From a virus, in IMG/VR virus record IMGVR_UViG_3300037752_000040, positions 1 through 62,737 of that record: a DNA stretch of 62,737 nt; one strand, 5' to 3'. The notes under the pieces were generated by a model, which had not been told where the DNA came from, searched no databases, and worked only from the letters and a program-made list of their open reading frames with translations. A program made the translations under genes and the position numbers. Every line of letters begins with the position of its first letter. Position 1 is the stretch's first letter. This document shows, one piece after another, positions 34,098-43,736 of this stretch.

Positions 34098-35555
34098 ATG
34101 AAGCGCAAGCTCTTATGGGCACCCCAAGCAGGACCACAGCAAGCGCTGGTTGACTGTCCGTTTCAGGAGGTGTTCTTCGGCGGCGCGCGTGGCGGGGGCA
34201 AGACGGATGGCGTTCTCGGTCGCTGGGCGATCAAGGAAAAGCGCTACGGCAAGCACTTCAACGCCATCATGTTCCGCCGCACGACTGTCTCGTCAGAAGA
34301 TGCGATTGAGCGCAGCAAGGAAATATATGGCCCGCTCGGCGCGAAGTTCAACGAAACCAAGACGCTCTGGCGCATGCCGAACGGGGGGCGCGTCAGCTTT
34401 CGCTATCTTGAGAGCGAGCAGGACGCAAACGAGTGGCAGGGCCGCAACGTCACTGACGCTTGGGTAGAAGAAGCCGGGCATTACGTGACATCATCGCCGA
34501 TCGACCGGCTTTTCGGTGTACTCCGGTCAGCTCAAGGCGTGCCGACACAGCTTATTCTGACGGCAAACCCCGGCGGCGCTGGTCAGCATTGGTTACGAGA
34601 GCGTTATCATCTCTCGCCATTCCCGAAGCGGCCGCAGGTGCACTCCAGGCTGTTGCCAAACGGCGCAACTCACCGTTACGCGACAATACCATCACGGATC
34701 ACTGACAACAAGATCCTGATGACCAGCGATCCGGGATATATCAACCGGCTTTACATGGTTGGGTCTGCTGAGCTGGTGCGAGGCTGGCTCGAAGGCGACT
34801 GGACAGCAATACAAGGGGCGTTCTTCGATTGCTGGCGGGAAAGTCGCCATGTGCATGAGCCGTTTGTCGTGCCGGCAGACTGGATGCGCTTTCGCTCAAT
34901 GGACTGGGGATCTGCCTCACCAAGCTCGATTGGCTGGTGGGCCGTGGTGTCAGACACGTTCCAGACGCCTGAAGGCAAGACCCTTCCGCGCGGTTTCCTG
35001 CTTCGCTATCGCGAGTGGTACACATCCAAACCGAAGGACTATGCGCGCGGTTTAAAGCTGACGGCAGAGCAGATCGCTGACGGCATCAAGGAACGTGATG
35101 ACGGTGACGCCATCTCCTATGGAGTGCTCGACCCGGCAGCTTTCGCTGAAGACGGCGGGCCTTCGCATGCTGAACGCATGAATGGGCGCGGCGTGTATTT
35201 CAAGAAGGCTGACAACAAGCGCGTTACGACGGGATCAGGCAACAAATCACGCGGCGCTATGGGCGGCTGGGACATGATGCGCCAGCGCCTGATCGGTGAT
35301 GAAGACGATAGGGCCATGATCGGCTGCTTCAAGACCTGCACAGCCTCGATCACGACGATTCCGACGCTTCAGCATGACGAAAAGCGCCCCGAAGACCTCG
35401 ATACGAACAGCATCGACCATGCCGCGGACGATTGGCGCTACGCCTGCATGTCGCGGCCCTGGGCCAGGCCGTTGGCCGATGCGACACAAGACAACCTTGG
35501 AGATTATCGAAGCACCGATGACAGCGAAAGCGCAGATGAATGGCGAGTGATATGA
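34098..35555 (+). CDS. terL: terminase large subunit
   Basis: 485 aa. Walker A GGARGGGKTD, Walker B-like DAWVEEAG, C-terminal nuclease block DHAADDWRYACM. Confidence 0.85.
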   Translation: MKRKLLWAPQAGPQQALVDCPFQEVFFGGARGGGKTDGVLGRWAIKEKRYGKHFNAIMFRRTTVSSEDAIERSKEIYGPLGAKFNETKTLWRMPNGGRVSFRYLESEQDANEWQGRNVTDAWVEEAGHYVTSSPIDRLFGVLRSAQGVPTQLILTANPGGAGQHWLRERYHLSPFPKRPQVHSRLLPNGATHRYATIPSRITDNKILMTSDPGYINRLYMVGSAELVRGWLEGDWTAIQGAFFDCWRESRHVHEPFVVPADWMRFRSMDWGSASPSSIGWWAVVSDTFQTPEGKTLPRGFLLRYREWYTSKPKDYARGLKLTAEQIADGIKERDDGDAISYGVLDPAAFAEDGGPSHAERMNGRGVYFKKADNKRVTTGSGNKSRGAMGGWDMMRQRLIGDEDDRAMIGCFKTCTASITTIPTLQHDEKRPEDLDTNSIDHAADDWRYACMSRPWARPLADATQDNLGDYRSTDDSESADEWRVI

Positions 35556-37702
35556 TGCTCGGCTATCATGACATGCAGCCGCGCCAGGCGTTCGAGAACT
35601 TCATCTCCCCCGATGAAGTGATGATCACGCCCGAAAAGGCCATCATGAGCGGGCAGGTTCAGCTTGAGCACCTGCCGCAGCCGCAGACGACGCCCCAGCT
35701 TTCCCCACGCCTTGATGGTGATAGCCTCGACAGGAAATATCAGGCATGGGAAGACGCCAAGCGGCAGACCGGCGAGATCGACGAGCAGTTCAAATGCTCC
35801 CGCTACTATCACAGCAAGCAGTGGACTGACGCTGAACTGCGCGAGCTGAAGCGCCGCAAGCAGCCGCCGACTACGAAGAACCGCATCAAGCGCAAGGTTG
35901 ATTTCCTTGTCGGCGTCGAGCAGCGGTTGCGCCGCGATCCGAAGTGCTACCCGCGCACACCCGCCGCGGACAAGGCGGCTTATGTGAGCACCGCCGCGCT
36001 GCGCTGCATCGAGGATGAAACCAAGTGGACGCAACTGTCGTCAGCCGCGACGAAGGATGCGCTCATTCGCGGCATCGGCGTTGTCTGGCAGGGCATCAAG
36101 ATCAGGCGCAACAAGCCTGAGATCTGCAAGACTCACGTCCCCTCTGACAGGTTCTTTTACGATCCGGCGTCCGAAGCGTGGGATTTTGCCGACGCCCGCT
36201 ATCTGGGGGAATGGCAGTGGCTCGACATGGACCAGGCCATCGAGATGATGCCGTTCTCGGCCCAGATCATCAACGAGCTTGCCCGCGTCGGCAATAGCGG
36301 CGCAATGTCAACCTTGCCGCAGGAATTCGCCAAGATCCATAACAGATCGACGTGGATGGACAGCCGCAAGCGTTTGATCCGCGTCACCCACATCTGGTAT
36401 AAATACGCTGGTGACTGGATGTTCGACTACCTCACCGGTCCAATCAGCCTGTGCCCTGAAGATTACGACTGCAAGTCGCCTTACCAGAATGAAGACGAGC
36501 AGACCGTTCACCCCTATAACGCATGGTCGCCTTATGTCGATGAATCCGGCGTGCGTTACGGCGTCGTGCGCGACATGATATCGCTCCAGGACGGCATCAA
36601 CAAGCGCTCCAGCAAGATGCTGCACTTGTTGAACCAGCGCCAGACGATGGGGAAAACCGGCGCCGTCCCTGATGTAGACAAGATGAAGCGGGAAGCCGCG
36701 CGGCCTGACGGCCATATCGAGGTCAACGGCAATATCGGCGAGGATTTCCAGTTCGTCGATCAGAGCGCACAGACGGCCGGCCAGTTCGAGCTGCTGCAGG
36801 AGGACAAGGCCGAGATCGAGAACCTTGGCCCGAACCCCGGCCTGATCGGACGCGGCGTCGAGAACCAGTCCGGACGCGCGATCCTTGCACAGCAGAATTC
36901 CGGCATGACGGAGCTGTCCCCCGTCTTCGAAATGAAGCGAGAATGGGAGCTTTCGGTCTATCACAAGGATTGGGATCTGGCCCAGCAGTTCTGGACTGGC
37001 GAGCGTTACATCCGCATTACGTCCGACCCGAAAGCCGTGGAGTTCCTGAACATCAACAGGATAGTTGAAGACCCGGAAACAGGTCAGGTGACGGTCGAAA
37101 ACTCCATGATGGACATGGATGTCGATGTTCTGCTCGATCAGGGGCCGGACACGGTAACGATGCGCGAGGAACTGATCCAGGCCATCGCTGATCGCCCCGA
37201 TGTCCCGCTTGAGATCATCCTTGAATTGTCCACCTTGCCGGACAAGGACATCATTCTCAAGCGCCTTGCCGAGTCCAAGCAGCCGCCGCCTGGCGTTCAG
37301 GAGCTTGCCGAGCGTATGGCCAAGCTCGAAGCGATGAACAAGGCGGCCGACGTTGATACGAAGGTCGCGAACGCTGAAAAGAGCCGCGCCGAAGCGTACA
37401 GCAAGATTGTCGAGGTCACGGCAACCACTGGCATTCCGCCGCAAGCGATGAACGGCATGTTCCCGATGCATTACCGGGAGCCTACATTCATGGAGCGGCT
37501 CATGCTGGCGGCACAGAAGGAAGGCGAATTGCAGGATCAGCAGCCGCCTCAGAACGCCATGATGCCACAGGCAGGCCCGGAAGGCGTATCAGGTTCTCCC
37601 GGCTCTCCTATGGCTTTGGGAGGCCCTCAGCAGGCGATGCCGGGAGAGGAACCGCAGCTTGATCAGGCTGGGGGGCTTCCGATGGGGCCGGGGGTTGGGT
37701 GA
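35540..37702 (+). CDS. portal protein (size and position like the P22-type portal)
   Basis: 720 aa directly after terL. An alternative ATG at 35552 forms an ATGA overlap with the terL stop. Confidence 0.75.
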   Translation: MASDMMLGYHDMQPRQAFENFISPDEVMITPEKAIMSGQVQLEHLPQPQTTPQLSPRLDGDSLDRKYQAWEDAKRQTGEIDEQFKCSRYYHSKQWTDAELRELKRRKQPPTTKNRIKRKVDFLVGVEQRLRRDPKCYPRTPAADKAAYVSTAALRCIEDETKWTQLSSAATKDALIRGIGVVWQGIKIRRNKPEICKTHVPSDRFFYDPASEAWDFADARYLGEWQWLDMDQAIEMMPFSAQIINELARVGNSGAMSTLPQEFAKIHNRSTWMDSRKRLIRVTHIWYKYAGDWMFDYLTGPISLCPEDYDCKSPYQNEDEQTVHPYNAWSPYVDESGVRYGVVRDMISLQDGINKRSSKMLHLLNQRQTMGKTGAVPDVDKMKREAARPDGHIEVNGNIGEDFQFVDQSAQTAGQFELLQEDKAEIENLGPNPGLIGRGVENQSGRAILAQQNSGMTELSPVFEMKREWELSVYHKDWDLAQQFWTGERYIRITSDPKAVEFLNINRIVEDPETGQVTVENSMMDMDVDVLLDQGPDTVTMREELIQAIADRPDVPLEIILELSTLPDKDIILKRLAESKQPPPGVQELAERMAKLEAMNKAADVDTKVANAEKSRAEAYSKIVEVTATTGIPPQAMNGMFPMHYREPTFMERLMLAAQKEGELQDQQPPQNAMMPQAGPEGVSGSPGSPMALGGPQQAMPGEEPQLDQAGGLPMGPGVG

Positions 37703-37853
37703 AAACGGGGATTTGTATTTCGCAAGTATAGCAGACCTTAAGATCGCGAGATGTGCTGAAGCGATCTTTGCAAAGAAAATCCCATTTGTGGATACCCAAT
37801 GCGCAAAGCAGAAGTTCCAGCCTAATTGATCGTGAGTCAAACTGCCATTTCAT
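37608..37853 (-). CDS. small Zn-ribbon-like protein on the opposite strand between portal and scaffold
   Basis: LCALGIHKWDFLC...VCYTC resembles the small prophage C..G.HKW...C..C motif. The AT-rich 5' part lies in the gap, and the 3' end runs about 95 nt antisense into the portal gene. Confidence 0.4.
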   Translation of the reverse strand: MKWQFDSRSIRLELLLCALGIHKWDFLCKDRFSTSRDLKVCYTCEIQIPVFTQPPAPSEAPQPDQAAVPLPASPAEGLPKP

Positions 37854-37888
37854 AACTTAGTTTCTTATCAGTAATTTGCGTCAAAACC

Positions 37889-37918
37889 AAGCCCGCTCTC
37901 GCTCGAAGCGGGCTTTTT
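37889..37918 (+). terminator. rho-independent-type terminator hairpin
   Basis: A 9-bp stem, AAGCCCGCT (37889-37897) paired with AGCGGGCTT (37907-37915), followed by a T run to 37918. Flanked by CAAAACC on the other side, so it is potentially bidirectional. Confidence 0.6.
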
Positions 37919-38033
37919 CGTGCGCGTCAGGGCGTTTCGGTTCAGCACCGTCATCCGCTGTCATTCGGCCCTCGTTCGAAGCCGTAAATTCGACGGTTCG
38001 TCACTTTCCATACGAAAATTGGAGATCCACGCT

Positions 38034-38849
38034 ATGAGCACCGAAAGTGCTGAGACAAGCATTTCGCATCTGTTTGCGCCCCAAAATGCAGCGCCGTCTA
38101 CGGAACAGGCCAATCCGTCGCCCAGCGAGCAGCCGACGCCTCCAGATGTGGAGCCTTTCGCTCAGCCAGTAACCGAGGCAAATCAGCCGCAACAGCAGCA
38201 GCCCGTTCCCGGCCAGGAACAGCCGCCTGCCCAGCAGCAACAGCCTCAACAGCATCAGGTGCCTCTTGGCGAGCTGATCGATGAGCGTAAGCGCCGCCAG
38301 CAAGCTGAAGATTTACAGCGTAATCAGCAGCGGGAAATCGATCAGTTGAAGCAGATGATGGCTCGGTTCAGCCAGCCTCCGCAACAGCCACAACCCCGGA
38401 TCGATCCTCTTGAAGATCCGGACGCCTTTGTTCAATCCATCGAAAACCGGATGGAACAGCGTTTCCTGAACATGACCCTCAACGAGTCAGAGCGCCGTGC
38501 GCGCGATGCTCATGGGGCAGACGCCGTTGAAGCCGCACTTGAGGCGGCTCAGCGGTCAGGATTCGCACAAGCCTTCGTCAGCAAGCCGGACGCCTATGGC
38601 GAAATGGTGCGTTGGCACAAGGCTCAGCAGCTCCAGGAGACGATCGGAGAAGATCCGAACGCCTACAAGGAAAGGCTGAAGGCAGAAGTAAAGCAGCAGT
38701 TGCTTGCGGAAATGAGGCAGGGCACGCCGCCGCCATCGAACATCACTCCTCCCTTGTCGTCAGCCACGCGCGCAGACCCTAACCAGCCTGCCGCGATTGG
38801 CTCTGACAAGGACTTTTTCAACGACATGATGAATCGCAAGCGAGGCTAG
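38034..38849 (+). CDS. scaffolding protein
   Basis: The ATG at 38034 follows GGAG. Q/P-rich and helical, positioned between portal and capsid. Confidence 0.55.
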   Translation: MSTESAETSISHLFAPQNAAPSTEQANPSPSEQPTPPDVEPFAQPVTEANQPQQQQPVPGQEQPPAQQQQPQQHQVPLGELIDERKRRQQAEDLQRNQQREIDQLKQMMARFSQPPQQPQPRIDPLEDPDAFVQSIENRMEQRFLNMTLNESERRARDAHGADAVEAALEAAQRSGFAQAFVSKPDAYGEMVRWHKAQQLQETIGEDPNAYKERLKAEVKQQLLAEMRQGTPPPSNITPPLSSATRADPNQPAAIGSDKDFFNDMMNRKRG

Positions 38850-38853
38850 TTCA

Positions 38854-40038
38854 ATGGCTACGACCACGACCCCGACCGACCTGATTGAGATCAGGTATCG
38901 GCGGGAATACTGGCGCGAATATGTGCGCCAGTCCGGCTTCATGCCCTATATGGGCGGGGGGAATGAGGGCATCAAATCCATCATCCACACCGCCTACGAA
39001 ATGACGACCAGCGGCAAGTCGCTGACGATCCCGTTGGTCTCCGCCCTGAGCGGCGGCGGCGTTCGCGGTAATACGCGTCTGTCCGGTCAGGAAGAACAGC
39101 TCGGCAAGCACAGTCACAGCGTCGCGGTGCAGATCGCCCGCCACGGTGTCGAGCTTTCCGAGCAGGACGAGCATTATGATTTCTCCAATGCTCGCGAGGC
39201 GGTGCGCCCGCTGCTTCAGGAATGGTCCCGTGTGCTTCTGCGTGACCGCATCATCGATGCGCTCGGCACGGTCGCTTATTCCTCAGTCAGCGCTCCGTCG
39301 TGCTCGACGTTCTTCGATCCCTTGAACTTCAAGGAGAACGTTGCGGCAAGCACGGCCCAGAAGGACACATGGACCGTCAACAACGTTGATCGTGTTCTGT
39401 TTGGGTCGGCGAAGTCAAACTATAATGCGACTTTCGCGACAGCGACAGCGAACATCGACAACACAGCCGACAAGCTGGATGCCGATCTCGTCTCGCTGCT
39501 CAAGGAAATCGCCAAGGATACTGCCACGAACGCCCGCACGAACGGCACGCCCGCCATTCGCCCGGTCCTCGACCAGTATTCCGAGAATGGCCGTGAGTAT
39601 TTCGTGCTGTTCTGCGGCTCCCGCCCGTTCCGTGACCTGAAAACGGACTCGACCATCCGCCAGGCCAATCGCGAGGCTCGCGCTCGTGAAGCTAGCGGCA
39701 TGGACAAGAACCCGATCTTCCAGGACGGCGATCTGATCTGGGATGGCGTGATCATTCGCGAAATCCCGGAAATCCCGGTCATGGAAGCTCAGGGTGCAGG
39801 CACCGCTGCGATCGACATCGCACCGGTCTTCCTGTGCGGCTGTCAGGCGGTCAGCGTTGGCTGGGGCAACATGCCCGAATTCCGCGCCAAGAAGGAAGAT
39901 GACTATGGCCAGTTCACTGGCATCGGCATCTCCGAAATGGCAGGGGCCAACAAGATCCAGCGCAAGGACGGCGTGTCCGGCACGCAGTACGACAATGGCA
40001 TGGTGACAGGTTTTGTCGCAGCCGTTGCTTCGGCATAA
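38854..40038 (+). CDS. major capsid protein
   Basis: 394 aa after the scaffold gene. N-terminal block EYWREYVRQSGFMPYMG resembles DUF4043-type podovirus capsid proteins. Confidence 0.7.
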   Translation: MATTTTPTDLIEIRYRREYWREYVRQSGFMPYMGGGNEGIKSIIHTAYEMTTSGKSLTIPLVSALSGGGVRGNTRLSGQEEQLGKHSHSVAVQIARHGVELSEQDEHYDFSNAREAVRPLLQEWSRVLLRDRIIDALGTVAYSSVSAPSCSTFFDPLNFKENVAASTAQKDTWTVNNVDRVLFGSAKSNYNATFATATANIDNTADKLDADLVSLLKEIAKDTATNARTNGTPAIRPVLDQYSENGREYFVLFCGSRPFRDLKTDSTIRQANREARAREASGMDKNPIFQDGDLIWDGVIIREIPEIPVMEAQGAGTAAIDIAPVFLCGCQAVSVGWGNMPEFRAKKEDDYGQFTGIGISEMAGANKIQRKDGVSGTQYDNGMVTGFVAAVASA

Positions 40039-40062
40039 CCGAGCCAGGAAAGGAAAACTGAA

Positions 40063-40521
40063 ATGGCTACGTATGAAACTATCCTTTCCGGTCGCCGTGG
40101 CGAGGTCATGGGACCCGGTTGGGGACGCGAGGAGATTGTCGTCACAGCGATCGTCGCTCTTCCGTCTGCGGCGGTCAGCAATGCCGATGATGACACTGGC
40201 CTGTTTTATGTGCCGGCTGGCTTCGTTGTGACCGGCATTACGGCTTCCGCCACCGATCTTGACGGCGCCACGACCAATGCTCTGCGTATCGACATTGGCG
40301 ATGCCGACGATGAAAATCGTCTTATGGCGGCAGCGGATCTGTCGTCTGCAATCAGCTCGACCTTGGCCCTCGCCGGGCATCTCTACAAATACACGGTGAA
40401 GACGCAGATCCGTGCTTATGTAGAGACCGCTGCAACCACGGCAGCCGCCGGAACGCTGAAGGTGTCCCTGAAGGGCTTCGTCGATCCGGACTTCAGCACA
40501 ACTGCTATCACGGCCGCATAA
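40063..40521 (+). CDS. head decoration / cement-like protein
   Basis: 152 aa immediately after the capsid gene. Ala/Thr/Ser-rich C-terminus. Confidence 0.4.
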   Translation: MATYETILSGRRGEVMGPGWGREEIVVTAIVALPSAAVSNADDDTGLFYVPAGFVVTGITASATDLDGATTNALRIDIGDADDENRLMAAADLSSAISSTLALAGHLYKYTVKTQIRAYVETAATTAAAGTLKVSLKGFVDPDFSTTAITAA

Positions 40522-40529
40522 GCCTGAGT

Positions 40530-41156
40530 GTGCTTCAAACAGTAACGCCGCGGTGGCGCAGTTGCATCATCGCGGCGTCCGGCCCGTCCATGTGTCAGGA
40601 CGTGGCCGATCAGTGCAGGGGCCGCAATGTGATCGCGGTCAACGACACATACAAGCTGCATCCATGGGCCGATGTGCTTTATTGCGGCGATGGCGAGTGG
40701 TGGCATGTGCATAAGGGTGCGCCAGAGTTTGAAGGCGAGCGCTGGGCGGCTTATAATGACAAATATCGCCCCGAAGAGATGCGGAAGGCTGCCGAGCTTT
40801 ACGATATAAAGCTGATTTACGCGATGTATGGCGACGGATTTTCGCCAAAGCCGGACACACTGCACTACGGGGCGAATTCGGGCTATGCGGCCGTGAACCT
40901 AGCGCTGCATTTCGGGTGCAAGACGATCGTTCTGACCGGCTTCGACATGCGCTATATCGATGGCAAGTGTCACTGGTTCGGGCTTCATGCCTTCGGGAGC
41001 AATCCGAAGAGCGATTTTACCGACTGGCTGACTCGCTTTGAGGGCGCAGCCGCGACAGTGCCGGACGATGTGCGGATCGTGAACGCGACGCCGGGCAGTG
41101 CGCTGAGATGTTTCGAGATGATGGACCTGAAAGACGCATTGGAGTTGATTGATTGA
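40530..41156 (+). CDS. DUF115 / MptE-like (Maf-type) putative glycosyltransferase
   Basis: GTG start. IIAASGPSM and GANSGYAAVNLALHFGCKTIVLTGFDMRY match the two conserved DUF115 blocks. Confidence 0.6.
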   Translation: MLQTVTPRWRSCIIAASGPSMCQDVADQCRGRNVIAVNDTYKLHPWADVLYCGDGEWWHVHKGAPEFEGERWAAYNDKYRPEEMRKAAELYDIKLIYAMYGDGFSPKPDTLHYGANSGYAAVNLALHFGCKTIVLTGFDMRYIDGKCHWFGLHAFGSNPKSDFTDWLTRFEGAAATVPDDVRIVNATPGSALRCFEMMDLKDALELID

Positions 41157-42211
41157 TGTTCGCTAAGCGGTTCCAGCATTTAGGCGAGATCGAGCGCAAG
41201 CGTATCGTGATGCCGGACAATACGCGAATGCGCCTCAACCGGCTGGAGCGTCCGCAGCCTTGGGAAGATGAACTGCAACGCCGGATCGTTGAGACATTCC
41301 GGCCCGATCAGATCCAGCAATACCCGAATTATCAGCCATTTTACGAGCGGCTTGCCGAGTTTGCCGGTTGCGGCACGGACGAACTTGTCGTTGGTGCGGG
41401 GATCGAGGAATTCATCCGCAATCTGTTCATGCTCTGCATCGAACCGGGCGACAAGGTGGCCTACCTCTGGCCGACATGCGCGATGTTCGATGTCTATGCG
41501 CGGGTGTTTCAGGCCGAGCCGGTGCGGATCGTGACAGATCCGAGGAAAACGTTCAACGGCTTCGACTTGGCCTTGAGCCTGCCGGAGGATCTGAAGCTGT
41601 TGATCCTCACCCAGCCGGGCCAGCCTGTCGATGCGATGCTCCAGCCGCATGATATCAGAAAGCTTGCGGACCTGTGCAAGGAACGCGGCGCGGTGTTGGC
41701 GCTTGATGAAGCCTATCATGGGTTCGGAGCTTTGACGGATGTATCCCGGCCGCGATATGACGATCATGTCGTCAGTTTGCGGACCTTCTCCAAGGCGTTC
41801 GGAGCAGCTTCCATCCGCCTAGGCTATGCTACAGGCAACGGCCGGATCATCCACGCCTTGAATGCCGTCAGGCAGTCCGGCGAGGTCAGCGCATTCTCGA
41901 TGCATGCCGCCACGGTGCTCATGGACCATCACGAAAGCCATGTGAAGCCTGCCATCAGGGACATCTGTGACGGCAGGGACTGGCTTCGCAACATGGTGCA
42001 GGAAGAACTCGGCCTTCGGGCATGGGGCCATCACGCCAACCATGTCCTGATCGAGATGTCGAACGCGGCGGAAGTGGCCAAGCGCCTTGCCGGCAAGGGC
42101 GTGCTGGTGAAAGCAGGCTTTCCGGCCCCGATCGACAGCCACATGCTCGTCACCTGCGGCGATCGCGACCTGATGACAACCTTCTGCGCGGAGTTGATGG
42201 CAGCCCTATGA
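41153..42211 (+). CDS. class I/II PLP-dependent aminotransferase (HisC/CobD-like)
   Basis: 352 aa. LALDEAYHGF and the PLP-lysine block LRTFSKAFGAASIRLGY. ATGA overlaps at both ends. Confidence 0.75.
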   Translation: MMFAKRFQHLGEIERKRIVMPDNTRMRLNRLERPQPWEDELQRRIVETFRPDQIQQYPNYQPFYERLAEFAGCGTDELVVGAGIEEFIRNLFMLCIEPGDKVAYLWPTCAMFDVYARVFQAEPVRIVTDPRKTFNGFDLALSLPEDLKLLILTQPGQPVDAMLQPHDIRKLADLCKERGAVLALDEAYHGFGALTDVSRPRYDDHVVSLRTFSKAFGAASIRLGYATGNGRIIHALNAVRQSGEVSAFSMHAATVLMDHHESHVKPAIRDICDGRDWLRNMVQEELGLRAWGHHANHVLIEMSNAAEVAKRLAGKGVLVKAGFPAPIDSHMLVTCGDRDLMTTFCAELMAAL

Positions 42212-42873
42212 GCGAGCATGTATTCACCGAGACAGACGGCAAACTGGAGTTCGTCGGTAATTTCGACGCGCTTTACCTTGAGGAAGATGACCCTTGGGGG
42301 CAGAGCGCCGAAGGCGGCGACATGGCGACTTATTACACAGCCAGTCGTACCAATTTGTACAGGGCAATCCTCGCAAACACCAGATCCATGATCGTTGCCG
42401 GACTTGATATTGGCTGTGGTCACGGTTGGTCAACGGATCATCTTGCCAAGACCGGCGGCACGTGGGCAGGATTAGACATTTCGTTCGAGGCAATCGAGGC
42501 GGCGCTGGAAATACATCCGCTCCATGATTATTTTCACGGCGATATCCGCAACTATGACTGTCTCCCGCGCCATCATGAGAACTTCTACGATGTTGTCGTG
42601 CTCTCGGAAATCCTCTGGTACGTTCTGGACCGGCTGGACGATGCAATGGCCAATGCCGCACGCTTCTGCGCTCCTGGCGGACTCCTGTGCGTCTCACAGG
42701 CGTTCCTGAAAGGCGAGCAGCGCTACGGTGCCGAGATCGCCAACGGCTTCCACGGAGCCTTGAAGCTGTTTCTGGAGCGCTTCCCGTCATTGACGCTGGT
42801 CGAAGCGACATACGATGACAGCAACAGCCTTGCCCACAATCACGGGCTGATGATTTTCAGGAAGCCTGCCTGA
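42208..42873 (+). CDS. class I SAM-dependent methyltransferase (NodS-like N-terminus)
   Basis: The ATG at 42208 forms an ATGA overlap. DPW motif followed by motif I GLDIGCGHGWST. Confidence 0.7.
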   Translation: MSEHVFTETDGKLEFVGNFDALYLEEDDPWGQSAEGGDMATYYTASRTNLYRAILANTRSMIVAGLDIGCGHGWSTDHLAKTGGTWAGLDISFEAIEAALEIHPLHDYFHGDIRNYDCLPRHHENFYDVVVLSEILWYVLDRLDDAMANAARFCAPGGLLCVSQAFLKGEQRYGAEIANGFHGALKLFLERFPSLTLVEATYDDSNSLAHNHGLMIFRKPA

Positions 42874-43736
42874 TGCTCACCGAAGCCACGAAGGCCAATC
42901 TACGGCGCAAGGCAGCTTTCGTCGATCGGGTGCAGATGCGTGATGGCGTTCCGATGCCGTCATTGATTGAGCTGAATCTGACCGAGCTATGCAATCGCAA
43001 ATGCGTATTCTGCCCGCGTGTCGACGGCAATGTTTACCCAAATCAGGCGCTGCACATGTCGCTCGATCTGGCCAGGAAGATTGCAGACGATCTGCGCGGC
43101 ATCGAATACCGCGGCACCGTGACCTTGTGCGGGTACGGCGAGCCGATGCTGCACCCGAAATTACCGGAACTGGTTGCCTTGTTCGGTGATATTCGCGTCG
43201 AGATCGTCACCAATGGCGATTTCCTTGATGCCAACCGCATCCGGCAGCTTGCCGAGGCCGGCATCGATTATTTCATCGTCAGCATGTATGACGGCCCCGA
43301 GCAGATCGAGAAGTTCGAGGCAGCATTCGCCGAGGCGGAATGCACAAATTACCTGCTTCGCGACCGCTGGCATACCGAGGCTGACGAATTCGGGCTGAAG
43401 CTGACGAACCGTGCCGGCAGCGTCGATATCGGGCCGCAGGAACCCGTCGATCAGTCGCGAGCCTGTTTCTACCCATCATATCAGATGATGATCGACTGGA
43501 ACGGCGACGTTCTCTTGTGCCCGCAAGACTGGTCGAAATTGCATCGTCACGGCTCGCTGGCGTTCCAGACCGTAATGGAAGTCTGGACATCCAAAGCGCT
43601 CCACAAGCGCCGCATGCAGCTTGTCGCTGGTCGCCGATGCACCGCGCCGTGCAATGGCTGCAATACGGACGGCCAGCTTCACGGCTTCGTGCATGCCGAC
43701 ATCTGGAACGCCAGCGGATCGCGGCAGGTTGCCTGA
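42873..43736 (+). CDS. radical SAM enzyme with C-terminal Cys-rich (SPASM/twitch-like) region
   Basis: CX3CX2C motif (CNRKCVFC). C-terminal cysteines CFYPS...LLCPQDW...CTAPCNGC. Confidence 0.75.
   Translation: MLTEATKANLRRKAAFVDRVQMRDGVPMPSLIELNLTELCNRKCVFCPRVDGNVYPNQALHMSLDLARKIADDLRGIEYRGTVTLCGYGEPMLHPKLPELVALFGDIRVEIVTNGDFLDANRIRQLAEAGIDYFIVSMYDGPEQIEKFEAAFAEAECTNYLLRDRWHTEADEFGLKLTNRAGSVDIGPQEPVDQSRACFYPSYQMMIDWNGDVLLCPQDWSKLHRHGSLAFQTVMEVWTSKALHKRRMQLVAGRRCTAPCNGCNTDGQLHGFVHADIWNASGSRQVA

Noticed and set aside
36308-37471. Long antisense or alternate-frame ORFs. Examples: 36308..37471(-) 387 aa, 39415..40380(-) 321 aa, 3440..4258(+) 272 aa, 8427..9296(+) 289 aa, 45707..46570(+) 287 aa, 44438..45250(-) 270 aa, 43476..44180(-) 234 aa, 55428..56141(-) 237 aa, 20658..21371(-) 237 aa and 10560..11279(+) 239 aa.
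   Set aside because: Each lies fully inside, and antisense or out of frame to, a gene with recognisable motifs or operon context. Their products are Arg/Gly/Ala/Pro-rich low-complexity strings, typical of spurious open frames in GC-rich DNA.
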